This document shows positions 38,358-51,181 of a stretch of DNA of 64,000 nt, one piece after another; within the stretch, counting starts at the first letter, position 1; each line of letters starts with the position of its first letter. The position numbers and the translations under genes were made by a program. Source of the DNA: Balanoglossus misakiensis. Taxonomy: Eukaryota; Animalia; Hemichordata. Where the stretch lies: positions 4,903,244 to 4,967,243 of the forward strand of contig CM082597.2 in NCBI GenBank assembly GCA_040954595.2, given 5' to 3'. The notes beneath the pieces are model-generated. The model was not told where the DNA came from. It saw only the letters and a list, made by a program, of their open reading frames with translations, and made no database searches.

Positions 38358-41084
38358 CGTCGAAAGTACACAATTATATAAATCTTCACTCTATTTGTAC
38401 AATATATCAAGCAAAGTCTGTAAAATATTCAAACTAGCTTTTAATTTACTTGACATCCCTACATATCAGGTGCCATACATTAAAATGGCGGCGATGAAGT
38501 GCGCCCCCTGGAGATAAATTGTATCAGCAGTAGATTAGGGGGAACTAATTTTGGTCTGCCGTGAACAGAAAATACATACTGTCTAATGGTTTACTAAAAA
38601 CTATTTTAAGGCAAATGTTAACATGTTATGATAATTGATAGAATGATACGATTTATGATGTAACCATACATTGTGTATGTCTCAGACACCCCCAAGAACC
38701 CGACTGGATATCATTTTGGGGGCGCCCAAAATCAAATTTGAACCATGCACAGTAGAGTGTAGCCGGGAATGTCAAGAAACACCAACGCATTTCGCCGCCT
38801 CTGACGTCAGGTCTTGCATTAAGAAACAAGGTTGTCATGAAATCCATGATTAATCCAAAAGTAAATTTTCAACCCATTCAAGGTGGGATTTCAGTCCCCC
38901 TGACAGGGAACATTTACTCAAGGTTTAGCAAATATTTTCATAATCCATCCTATTTCAATTATGGACTTGGGCAGATTCTTATTCCATACATTGTGACTCA
39001 CTGTGTCTAGGATTGAGTACAAACATTATTCCAAAGTTTATGACGCACACACATGCAGCTCAACATCATTTGCAATCATACATTTGTAGTTTTCTGCACT
39101 GCTATTTCTGTCATCACCGCGGTAAACACCGTTGACGACACAGGAAAGCTGATTCTATCATTTGACTGAGGACGTCGTTCAGTTGCAGTACCAAAGGGAC
39201 GGCAAAACTTCATTACAGTGCCTGTGTGACATACTCCAAAGACAAGTGTGCATTTTAGATATGTAACATCTTAAAAATTCAACAGATACATCTAGTCATT
39301 TTATTTGTCTCCAGCCTGGAAGACCAGGGGTCGTTCAAACTACATCACTTTCTACATTTTATCGATTTGGGCAAATTAACGCGGACATACTCTGACAGGA
39401 AAATGCGCGTGATATGAATAAATGTAGGTGATGGTACATGTACGTACCACACTGATACCAATGTCAACTATATACCGGTAGCTCAGGGAGAACTTCTTTC
39501 AATATTTACACTGGTGTGTACACGATTGATGTAAAGACTCGCTCCCATATTTGCCGTGTAGATAAATGCATACATGCATAGCATAGTAAATTAGGCTTGG
39601 AAAAATAACGCTGTGGAATAGACTAAATTATGACATCATGGTTCAAAGTACTCAATTACTCGCGACAATCTCTGGTCTCCGAGTCAGTTTTATCATAGGT
39701 GACAGTTTTCAAGAATTGATCAATAGACAGCAGTCTGAGAAGGCGGGTGAGAACTGAATTACAAGGATGGAAAGTGTGATCACCTAATTAGTTTTAAATC
39801 ACTATGGTGGGCCTTTGTTTGGAATGGCTTAGAGTCATTTATCACTTGCAAAATTACATGAACAACAAAAATATAATTGGTGAATTGCAATATGTACTAA
39901 AACCCACCCAAGACAAACAGCATTGACCACACCATACTTAGCCATACAGCACACGTGAATTTTGCATACTTCTGTACACATGCAATCACTAAACACGAGT
40001 CTATAAATAATTAACAAAAATGTGCAATATGCCACCTCTGGCTATCAGTAACAAGCATTTGGAAATTGTAAATTTGACATGCATGTCCAGTGACACTTCT
40101 CTATGTGTTGAGCACACACAATACCCCAGTAAACATTTCAAGTGAATGACATATTGGTGGGCGACTTTACCATGCAATACTGAATACTGGTTATTTGAAA
40201 CCTAGGACGACCAATGATATCTGAAAGCATATCTGATATCTGAAACTGATGAGCTGCAAACTTTTTTATCTGTTTGTTTTCCTGAGAAATGTGTCGCTCT
40301 GAAGGTGACAGTGGGTTTATTAAATACTGAAAGGTACCAGAGTCTGACTGTGCAGAGATATAAATTATGTAAAAGTAGATCAGATAGAAATATGGTTGTA
40401 TTTACAGTGCATTTCCAAAAGATCATGATTTCGGCCAGCTTTCAGTGACTGTACAGTCCCCATGATGCAACAGATCGAATTGCCCATTGAGATGGTCGGG
40501 CACTACCAGCAATCTCTCAGAAATCGACGTAGAAATATCACGATTACGTGTCTGTAGGTATTTATGATCTTTTCTTGCAATATTGCTCCAAAAATTCAAA
40601 GACATGCGCTCGATGTATCCATGCATGGCTCACCCACTGAAAACTAATCAGGCATAAGTCCTTGCACGAACAGGGGGCGTCTGATATATCGGCCAAAAAT
40701 CCACACGTCCAATGTAAAGACAAATGACATCTGGTCAGAGTGACACGTGCCACTCAGTAAAAGGCATATTGGGAGTTAACGTGTACTCCTTCTGTCACAT
40801 TATCACCGCCATTTTATCAGTATCCAGTACTTGAACTGAGATTAAGGAGACCAGAGCTCTAAAAGCATTGCACGTCAAGAAACTTTGATAAAAGCTTCTT
40901 AAAAATCTCTTAAGGGAGAATTATCAGGACCTGGACTAGAAAAATTGATGTTCACTCACAAATAGGATTAATCTCTTCAGGTTTCAATAATATAAGTGTA
41001 TATTTTGTGACATAGTAATCATACAAGCATAGAACTTGAGATCGAATGGGATTGGCTGTTGAGATGCTTTGATTATGTCATGGA

Positions 41085-41309
41085 ATGGTTTTATTAGCTT
41101 TGCTTTGTTTGTGGTGTTGTGTACATTTCTTGTATAAGTGGCTAAACTCATATTCCTAGAGCATTGTGATGTGCTTTTATTATGTTATGATACTACAGGT
41201 ATGTTATGCTAAATTATGTATATCATGTTATATTATATCATGTTAAGGTATGGTTTTGCTTTGCTCTGTTATGATGTGTGCACTTCTTGTATTATTCCTA
41301 GAGCATTGT
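41085..41309. repeat. Degenerate local duplication in TG-rich low-complexity DNA
   Basis: TATTCCTAGAGCATTGT occurs exactly at 41151-41167 and 41293-41309; ATGGTTTT, GCTTTGCT and TTCTTGTAT precede both copies. Confidence 0.75.
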
Positions 41310-42388
41310 CTAAACTTTACATTTTGGTATTTCTGTCAACGTAAAACATATGGCACAGTGGCAGCTGGGACACAGCAACACCGTTTACTGTATGTTTCAA
41401 CAAGCAGAACACAATTAAGTTAGTCTCAGTTGGAAACCACGATGGTTGTACAAATAGACAAGCAACGTAAGGGAAGCTAGAACATGCACTTACTTGGGTT
41501 TGTAGTTTAAAGTTTTGATGCAGTGTTTACTTGCACGTTTGTTTGACTACACACACAGTGTGGTATTTGCACTGATGGCAGAATGGTGCAAAGAATATCA
41601 TCGCTTGTTGTACAATTTGCTTTCACTCGTAGTTATATATGCAGAGAGAAACAGAGGAATGTGTTTCATGTGTACACATCCACAAGCAGCAAATCACAGA
41701 GATTGCAGTGAATAGGGATAGTCTTACACGGGCAAAGCATGTCTGGAATCCAGTTGTGGATCAAGGGAGCAAACCGCAAATCCATGATCGGCGATGTTGA
41801 CATTAAACGAGAAGCTTATTTCAAAGCCGTGAATCCTCAGCACACGACTGATAGTTACACAGGGATATACCTAAGCCTACCCATCATGTATAAAAGATGT
41901 CACTCATGAAAACCTCACTTTATAAATCGAAACGCCAGAAAAAAGTGATTGTTAATTTTGAAAATAGATTCAAGTCAGTGTCTCGGCGCTCATTCTATTA
42001 GCGTAACTTCATGATTACTCCCGGGTGATTCATGGCACACATCCCGTTGAAATCTTCTCGCTCTATAATTGATAAACACGTGCCGTGCTCACGATAGAAT
42101 GTGCCGTGATTCTCAGCGCCCGGTGCAGACGTCGTATACAAATTGCGTTCTGACAGAATCAATGCCAGCCCGCTGCGTCCGGGCAAACTCAATTAATTAG
42201 CGGGAGCAAGCCGCGTCCCGGACAATCGATCAATTACACGGCGATCAGATACGACCTGTGAAGAAGCTGAACGCGAAGCAATGAAATGGATTCGGCCAAA
42301 AACCCCAAGGCAAAAAGAACGACATAATACAAACGGGAAGAGTATCGACCGACGCCAGAAATGATTGGTTGGCTGCATCGCAGCGTAC

Positions 42389-43413
42389 AACATGGTGGCA
42401 AAATTAACCTGAGATGAACATAAGTAATGTATGAACTTCTTCATGAACGTTGGCATCAAGACAGTCAAATAACATGGTGGTAAAATTAATGCGGCATAGG
42501 TTTAATAAAACTGAGGTTGTTGTACTAATTATATGAATTGGTTCCTGAAAATTGTTGTCAAAATAGTCTGGTAAAATTAAACTTGGTTTGATATAATTAA
42601 TTAACTTCTTCATGGACTTCACTGTCAAGGACATTTCAATAAAACTGAGGTTGTATATTAATCAAATGAAATTCTTCCTGAACGTTGTCCGTCATCAAAA
42701 CAATCTGGAACAAGCTGGTAAAATTAAACTGGGATTGATATAATCAATTAACTTCTTCATTGAAGTTGTTATCAGGGACACCAACAGCACAAGGCCAAAT
42801 TAAACTGAAGTGGGTATAATTATGTATGTTTGATGTTATTAATGTAAGTTGACATCAAGGCTAAAACATATTAGAGGGGTTGGTAAAACTGTGATATATG
42901 AACATCTTCATGGAAGTTGGTTTCAAGTAAGCCTAAAACATGATAGCAAAATAAAACTGGAACAAGTATAATTATCTTCTGAACATCTTCAAGAAAGTTG
43001 ACGCCACAACAAGCCTATGAAAGGTAGCAAAACTAAGCTGGGATGATTATATTTATTAAAACGAATGCTTCATGAAATGTAGTGTCAAGACAACCTGCTG
43101 TAGAGTTACTCAGCCATATTAAACCAAGATTGGTTTATATGAACTACTTCATGTGAGTTGGCATCACGCCTATAACATGCCAAAAGTAAAATAGGATGAG
43201 TATAATTGATATATGAACATCTGACAGGAAAGTTGGCGTGATGACAACCTATATTAACATGGTGGCAAAATCAAACTGCCATGAGTACAAACATCTTCAT
43301 AAAAGTTGGTCTCAAGTCAGCCTGATAACATGATGGTAAAATTACGCTGGAATTAGAATAATCAATATATGAATCTCCCCAGGAAAGATGGCATCAAGAC
43401 TATCCAGAACATG
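42389..43413. repeat. Old, highly diverged tandem array of about 13 units of ~65-100 bp (mostly ~80 bp)
   Basis: Recurring blocks AACATGGTGGCAAAATTAAACTG and AAC(A/T)TCTTCATGAAAGTTGGCATCAAGAC; the second block recurs near 42434, 42536, 42603, 42669, 42750, 42830, 42901, 42982, 43064, 43142, 43217, 43290 and 43372. Confidence 0.9.
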
Positions 43414-44728
43414 TTTACAAGAAAAAGGATAATCTCGACTATAAATTCTTGTATGGCAACTGTATCAACAGTATGTTGACGAACAATTCAGTAGACTCTT
43501 TTCCAAACCCCACGAGATCCCGCGTGATCTCACCTGGCTAGACAATTTATATGAGAGGACGTTCTTGTGTGACACAGGGCAAACAACACATTGCCTATTA
43601 TGTAAAACGGCATGAACATTACCATTTCTGCAACTTGGCTAGCAGCCTCATGCTACACCTATGGTAATCAACCAAGTCTCGCGAGATCTCACAATGAGTG
43701 GAAAAGTCATCTAATGAGAAGTGTCTGTGCTCATTACAGCATTTAATAACATTCAGTACTGTCACAGCGAGAAAAACTGTTTTCATGCTAAGCAGTATGT
43801 ACCCTAGATTCATAATTACTGGTGTCTCTCTCCAGTGAACATTTGAATAGGTTGAATTTCAACTGTCATTGCAACATCCAATGGCCTAAATAGAAAATGT
43901 ATTTCCGCCTCTGCTTTAACAAAAAACCTGCATGTCTACCCCAATCTCAAGATCATCAGCGATAGTGAACTTATATACTATACACAGATTAATCTACATG
44001 TATCAATATCATCCTTTTGGAGTCACATAGTCGCAGTTTTTCGGTTTAGGGAAAGTACTTGTCAAAGTGATAATAGATCTTGTTTTTTCTCCATGCTACA
44101 CTTGACACAGGGTGTGGATTTTATAAACATTCTGACACTCACAATTGAATCTTTCGTTATTCATTGGTGGCATTGGCATTGGAGTAATCCACTTTGGAGC
44201 AATGGCTCCCATAGGGGGGTTCATGGTAATGAATTCAGGTGAGAGAACCAGTGAAGCGTGCAAACGAGTCTTTCATTTCCGTCAATTGAATTTGTGTTCA
44301 TGACAGCCAGCGCATGTTCAACCACCTTTATCATTAATCCGTTCTGGTACTGAATGTCAATACCCTGGCAGATGGTATATTTTATCGGCGTGTTTTGGAT
44401 AATTGATGGACAAAGAAAGGAGATGCGAGACTTTTACAGGTGATTATCATTTAAGTTGAAATTAATTCTGCATGATGTTTGTATAACTGACAAACGTTAC
44501 ATTTATACAAACATTCCATAATAAAGAGAAATACCAGACATGCCAGATAAACCAATATTTTAAAGATATAATGTGATAATTGTTCTTTTTCCAATATTAA
44601 GGAAATATCTCTATTTTACTAATGACTATATGGCATTCCATTTTTGGTGTCCAAATTTCCTTAATTAAGTATGCAATGATCTTTTAAGAGCTTAATAATC
44701 AAACAATGCCCTGCCCCTTCCCTGAATA

Positions 44729-44883
44729 GCGGCCATTTTGAATTTCCAATTTCAGACAGTTGTGCTCTGTCATTCAAATTGAGTATGGTGACCCCAATTT
44801 TCAAAAGAGGCAAGCTTATAGTTGCTTTGAGCCAAATATGATAACATGTTTAGACTTTGATTTTCAAAGCGCATGCTTTCTAG
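44729..44883 (-). mobile_element. Left arm of the TTAA-ended MITE family, reverse orientation, decayed terminus
   Basis: GCGGCCATTTTGAATTT core; reverse complement GCATGCGCTTTGAAAATCAAAGTCTAAAC...CTCAAAGCAACT matches 217-275. Confidence 0.7.
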
Positions 44884-46173
44884 ATATGAAAAGTTTAATA
44901 TTCCACGTATACTCTAATACTGAAAGCATTCTCAAACACATTGTGGAAAAAAAGGTCCCAATAAAAAATCTTTTTACGACCGAATATGAATTTCATGGAT
45001 ATTGCACTCGTCTCTTATACGGTACAGCCATAATGTCATCAACATCAAGGCGCAAACATCAAGAGAACAAGTACAATTTCCAAGTAAAGTGGAGAAATTA
45101 CGATTTCTTCGTTTTCAACGTAAAACGTGATGAGTCGTTGAAGACTGCACGTTCCGGATATTCAATTTCAAGTTCTTTATTGGGAGATGAATAATAAATA
45201 ACTACTTCCACTCAACAGAATATTTATCACATGATCGTGGTGACATGGAAACCCAGATCTAAAGTACCGAGGATATAAAAACTCAGAATATTATCCACTT
45301 TAGAAACTTCAGCTATGAGCTTATTTGAAGCATAAAAGCAAGTCCTTTGCGCGCACAGCAACCAAAATCAACGCACAGTTACATACGTTCTGAGCTGAAT
45401 CCAAAGGAAAGAAAATATGGTTTGATCTAACATACCTGGTGTTAAATCAACTGAAGTATTGCCACGCGCACTGCGTTAATCCCAAGGCAGATTTCTGGGG
45501 GTTTTCCTCTCGATTTTCCCTCAAGAGAAGATCTGGGTGAGCGTCAGCCAGCAAGCTCTCGTCAACTGCAGAAGTGGTCAGTTGTGGCGCGCTTCTACAC
45601 CGGTCGACGTCACCAACGAGCTCATGAATATTCATACGACCATGGCTCTGTAGGGATAGCATGATTGATACTCGCATGAAAATCGGTTGGTACAATGAGA
45701 TCGCGACTTGATCATAGCAGGAAACACGGTTGGGTGTATTTTACGATAATTGCACGTTGATAGAATGTATTAAACTCCCAGCAGAGGTTCGTTGTGTGAC
45801 ACAGTTATAACTTTCACTTCAAATACAGCGAATACTGTTTATTCACTCAGCTTATTTCGTGTGCAATTATCCCAATCGTATTAGCACAAAAAATCGTACA
45901 TTCTTTTTGAATGGATAGCTGCAGAAAGATAAAGCAATTTTACAAATATATATCCACAATGCAGGCGTAATGCATGAATACTTTATTCCTCCTGGATTGG
46001 AGTACATGCCTCTGTATGTGATAATAGTAATGTCACACTGCACAGAACCATTCATCATGTTTAAACTTGGAAGTGCAAAGCACAAAGATTTCCTTGGTGT
46101 TTAGCAGATCACATGGTGGATTTAACTGCATCTTGTAAGCATTATCTGAGTTTGCTGTCAACAGTCAGTTTTG

Positions 46174-46530
46174 TTATATCTGGGACATACGTCATACGTT
46201 TTGCAGCTCGATCACTTATCTCTCTCTCTCGCTCTCAAACAAAAATCTAAGACAAATGAAGACAGTGATTACTGTGTGTGGGCAGCCACTTCACTTGAGA
46301 CCCTAAAGCTCCCGTTCAAGAGATGTCTTCTGCGATTTTTATCAGGCAGCCCCACATGGAATTTGACTGTTCAACTCCTAGAAGCATGCTGATGTGTTGC
46401 ACGTGTAAGATCTGCATTAGAGCATCACTCTTCGATTTGGGAACTGTATGGTTCCATAGACAGGTCTTGTAGAATGACATGGCTCCCTATATTTTCCTCT
46501 GCTGTCAAAGGCTACTACATTCGAGTATAG
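46174..46530 (+). mobile_element. Probable decayed non-LTR retrotransposon (CR1/L2-like) ORF2 fragment, C-terminal to the RT core
   Basis: One frame reads LYLGHT...KRCLLRFL...EAC*CVARVRSALEHHSSIWELYGSIDR...WLP, resembling the conserved YLG...LGFL...LVRPxLEYxSxVWxP...ID...WLP order of CR1/L2 ORF2; has an in-frame stop. Recognised by eye only. Confidence 0.4.
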
Positions 46531-47097
46531 CTTTATGATAAAAGAAGCCCTTCTAAGCGTAAAATGGTGTAGTGTAAGAAGATAAATGTGTCAATCTTGT
46601 CTTGTTATCAATCCATTCCTGTTGGATCAGGTAAACGTATCATAAAAATCAAGCAGAGGCTGCAACTCATAAAAGTTTTAGGAGAGACATTTCATTTCAT
46701 GTATATCCCAACAATATGATATTTGAATTTGTCTTCTGATCCGCATGGAGTAGCTCACAAGAACGTTCGAGAGAATAAAAATCACGAAATTACAATCGAT
46801 CTCTACTTTCTAGCTCGATATCATGAATCATTTAAGAATCTCGTTCATTCGATATATAGGTTTGTGTTCTTTAGTAGCTGGCTTTGTGCTGTTCAAGTGG
46901 GTATTTCATTCAGAATAGGGAAGAAGTACAAAAAACTCACAAAGTGTTCCCTTTCATGGTCTTTAAAGGTGACAACTTGTGAACAATGGAGAAGATGCCA
47001 AAAGCGTTTCTTTGAGAGAGAAAAATCGTGCTAACAGGAAAGTGTGTGGCGACATCCTGTCTCTATCTAGTATTTCTCAACTAGCCACTTTGACACG

Positions 47098-47531
47098 TCT
47101 TCTATATAGTGTAACTAAAAATGGATGATCTGAAGTTAAATAACTGTTGAAATACTCAAAAGATCTCAACAGACATTTCTGAGAATTGGTCTAAACTTTT
47201 AATTATCTTCTATATAGTGTAACTAAAAAATGGATGATCTGAAGTTAACTAAATGTTGAAATACTCAAAAGATCTCAAAAGACATTTCTGAGAATTGTTT
47301 TAAATTTTTAATTATCTTCTATAAAGTGTAACTGAAAATGGATGATCTGAAGTTAACTAAATGTTGAAATACTCAAAAGATCTCAAAAGACATTTCTGAG
47401 AATTGTTTTAAATTTTTAATTATCTTCTATATAGTGTAACTGAAAAATGGATGATCTGAAGTTAAATAAATGTTAAAATACTCAAAGGATCTCAACAGAC
47501 ATTTCTGAGAATTGTTCTAAATTTTTAATTA
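47098..47531. repeat. Minisatellite, four near-identical copies of 108-109 bp
   Basis: Unit TCTTCTATATAGTGTAACT...GGATGATCTGAAGTTAA...GACATTTCTGAGAATTG...TTTTAATTA starts at 47098, 47206, 47315 and 47423. Confidence 0.98.
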
Positions 47532-48117
47532 TTACAATTATCGGTGAAAATGTAGTCAGAGACTTCGGAATATCCTAATCTGTGTTATTCAATCTGAGAC
47601 ATGAACAGTATACCCAACTTTAAAATGATGTCTATTGGTAAAATCATAATCACCAACTTATTATACTTTAATTTTCAAGTTGACCTACTTAAACGCCTGC
47701 ATTTAAGTGCAAGAAACATCTCTAACATCACAAATGTAATGATATAAGAATTACATTCATAGACGAAGCTAATCTTTGATTTTTACAGGTATTTGGTGTA
47801 GAATATTTATTCGACTAAGTAATTTACATTATAATATAGTTTGTCATGAACCTTACAAGCAACTAAATATAATGTTGATAACATTCAATAGTTCATGGTC
47901 ACTGCCTTTAGCAATTCCTGGCAATATTGAATAGTAAAACGAAAATAGTAAGATGTTTTTGCCTGATATGCATTTCATTCTGGGAATCAATATTATTTTC
48001 TTCAATGACACAAAAAATAAAATCAGATGTAATTGGATTACTAACAGTAGACCTTCAGGGAATTTCTGCGAATTCTTCAGACAATTGGTAGAAGACGTCT
48101 TTCTCTCTCCTTCCCTC

Positions 48118-48134
48118 TTAAGGTAGTGTGCGCC
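48118..48134 (+). mobile_element. Isolated terminus resembling the TTAA-ended MITE family
   Basis: TTAAGGTAGTGTGCGCC matches the terminus TTAAGGTAGTATGCCCC seen at 25633 (minus strand); no matching body or partner end found. Confidence 0.35.
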
Positions 48135-51100
48135 AATCGCCCACGTATAAGCTGGAAATAACGTGTATAATGCACTTAAAAAGGGTCTATGAATACATGG
48201 TAAAACTTCAATGAGTGTAGCAATTGTGTTGGGATGAACGCTGCTCTATTGACCACATGTTGGCCGCCATTCAATGAGGCAGAAAACGGCCATATGTCAC
48301 GACTCTACACAGCACACAATAAATTATGACGATGTACAGTAGGCCTATTGTGGCCTTTTGAAATTGAAACGTACGTTTCCACCATCAAATTATGATACGT
48401 TGACTTTTCGTGACCGAACGGGAATAATAGGTATGCACGTTCGCATGTGTCAGATGATTAGGAAGATAATGTTGCGATGGTTACCTGAAACAAAATTTGA
48501 TCGAGCACCAGATGGGAATCGTTCAGCAGTTAACAGCATTCAGCAATTGTGCACTGGCATCGTATTTTAATAAACGTTGACTTTGCATGTGACATATGTG
48601 TGGTATAAAACAATTAATAAAGATTGTTTATTGGGGGAATAAGCAAGAGAAATTGATATCAGATGGCAATTGATCTGAGAACATTTCTCACAACATCTGT
48701 AAACATGATTGTTATCAGCCCTCTGTCGAAATAAAGGTAACTGGTAGCATGGCTGATGATTTCATTAGATGATTGTTCTCCCACAGTTACACCGTAGATG
48801 ATTTTTTTATAAAAGGCATGCCAAAAGTTTGGCCTTTAGTACTAAGTGCAGCAGTGTACAATGTACATGATAATTTCCACTGTCTGCCTCTTTCTATTTC
48901 TTTAAAAGGATACAACAAGCAATTATTCTATGTAAAGCAGTAAAACTGAAAGCACGTTTACCTCTGAAGGTAGTTTCATATCACATGTAAGTAACCAAAT
49001 ATCAACCCATTTAAAATCGCTATAGCAATTTCAAAATCACCATTTAACACACCCTAATATCACGTACCTTAGTATATATGCGACTTTTGCTGGCCAGTAG
49101 GAACAAAACTGTCTGTGAATAAACAGGAAGCCAAATCTCTTTTGAAACAATTTTCTTTCACTAAATTCACCCGTTTATATAATTCCTACTTAAGTATGTA
49201 TACGTGTACAGGATGACTCGGCCTTAAACACAATAAACCTCGCGCTGACTGACTTTTTGCACAAAACAACTGAGCACCAGATGTTGATTTGGCGACAAAG
49301 CGTCTTATTGCAGCAGTGTCCGCCAATAAAGGGACAGCAAAGTTCATAATGTTCCTATACAATCGTATACATGTATGCTAATACACTGAGAAATACACCA
49401 TGGAAAACAATTTTAGTATTAAAGTGCTGATAAATAGGTATAACTTTCGCAGGACCTTGTCTTATTTTGGAGCAGAGTGGTACTTTGCGTGCGAAATTTG
49501 TTTTTCATATTCCAGACTTCTGGTACACAATGAACATTCTTAATAGGTGCAATGAAAATGGGAATTAATTCATACATGTAGAAGCAACTTGTACGAGAGG
49601 ACCTATACGTGCACTGGTGAACAAACTGACCAGAAAGAAATTTGCATAATCACTTGATGTATCAGCGGTGTAGAACGAAAATACACCATTCACGTTATAT
49701 CAATAAGATCAGTTGTCAAATCAAAGCTTTTTTTCACATGAGCACAGTCCCAGTCCCTGTCTGTTTCACATGGTGGGGTTTCTTGTCAGAAATAATGCTA
49801 TAATGCAGTCATGTAGTCTAGACACTGGCACATGGTAGACTAAGAACTCATACACAGATCACCATTAGTAACGCTTGACAGGGACCCCTGTCGACAGAAA
49901 CGAAAGCTGTAATCATATCTGTGGTTGCACACTGAAGCCCCTAACCAACCTTGCACATTTCTATCACCTCGAAGAATAAATCAAGCAGACTTTATGGAAC
50001 ACATAATCGTAAACAAGAGAAAAAGTGTTGTTGCTGGCATGAAACGCACCCCTCCTCTGTATATTTCCATTTGTTGCGCCCCCAGCGAATCATTAAATTC
50101 CGTTTACTAGGCGTTGGAAAATAAGTAATTTAAATGCATGAGACAGAAAGAAAGCACAGTCGTAACCTAAAGTTATGACCCATGTGAAATATGCACTTAG
50201 GGGCTCACTGAATATTACATGTCGACCACATATCACTTCAGTAAATTTAGTCTTATGCTCAACACACCACTTCTTGCAACCTTATTATCAGATGTACTCT
50301 GTCCTTTTCATTTTAGCAGTCCTATGGTGTCTAGTCTTTCTGCCCTTTCTCATCATGAATTCATAGCTATAAAGCATGGTTGAGTGTTTTAATAACACCA
50401 ATCAATATACTGATGATCCCTGTTTGAACAATTCTAGTGTGTATAATTACCCCCCCCCCCCACCACTAAGAAAACAGAGAAACCTGAAAAGGGTAAGTTT
50501 CTCAATATTTTGAAGTGTAGAACTTGTTATGCATCAACAGTATGCAATCATGTATTAAAGTTTCATTCCGCCATCACAAATGGTTCTAACTGCGATCAAG
50601 ATAATCGATGTCATTAAATGTAACGCCCTGTTACATGTAAATTAAGGCAATCTTAATGGATGATGACAAAAATTGAACTTCAGTTTGTGCTGCATTGCTT
50701 TGATTCCATAAAACTCGACACGATTGACGAACAAAGACAACAAAGTGTACACATTGCTGCGGCTGCAATAGTTACCTTGAGCGACATCATTTGCAAGTAA
50801 CGAGGGAAAGGTCGTCAAATTATATGTTCCCCATAAAGTGTAACGGTTGCCATTTTACTTGTTATCTTGGCATTTAGTGGAAATGGGCCATGTGTGTGCT
50901 AAAACCACGCTCTTCTTGGAAACCATTCTTAATTCGGTCAGCAGTAGTCCTCCCAATACAAGTTCCTCATACTCAAGGAAAACAGTTTCTTCAAGTTGTT
51001 ACTTTATGAATACACATACATCAAATTCAGAATACCCTGGATGCTACCTTACTGCATATCTTCTTGTGCAAGTGTCCATAACATATAAAATTTATTGTAT

Positions 51101-51181
51101 ATTAAAAAGTATATAACATGTGAAATATGTGTATGAATGTGTGTGGGTAAATTATAAGTCATATTATATGTTTTTTTACAG

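Noticed and set aside
42389-43413. CRISPR-like repeat/spacer appearance
   Set aside because: The repeats are far too divergent, the linkers are homologous to each other, there are no cas genes and the DNA is eukaryotic.
44760-45194. 144-aa ORF
   Set aside because: It begins inside a MITE fragment with a non-ATG start and shows no protein motif.
47098-47531. CRISPR array or coding repeat (108 bp = 36 codons)
   Set aside because: There are no unique spacers, unit lengths alternate between 108 and 109 bp, and the ORF track shows no open frame.
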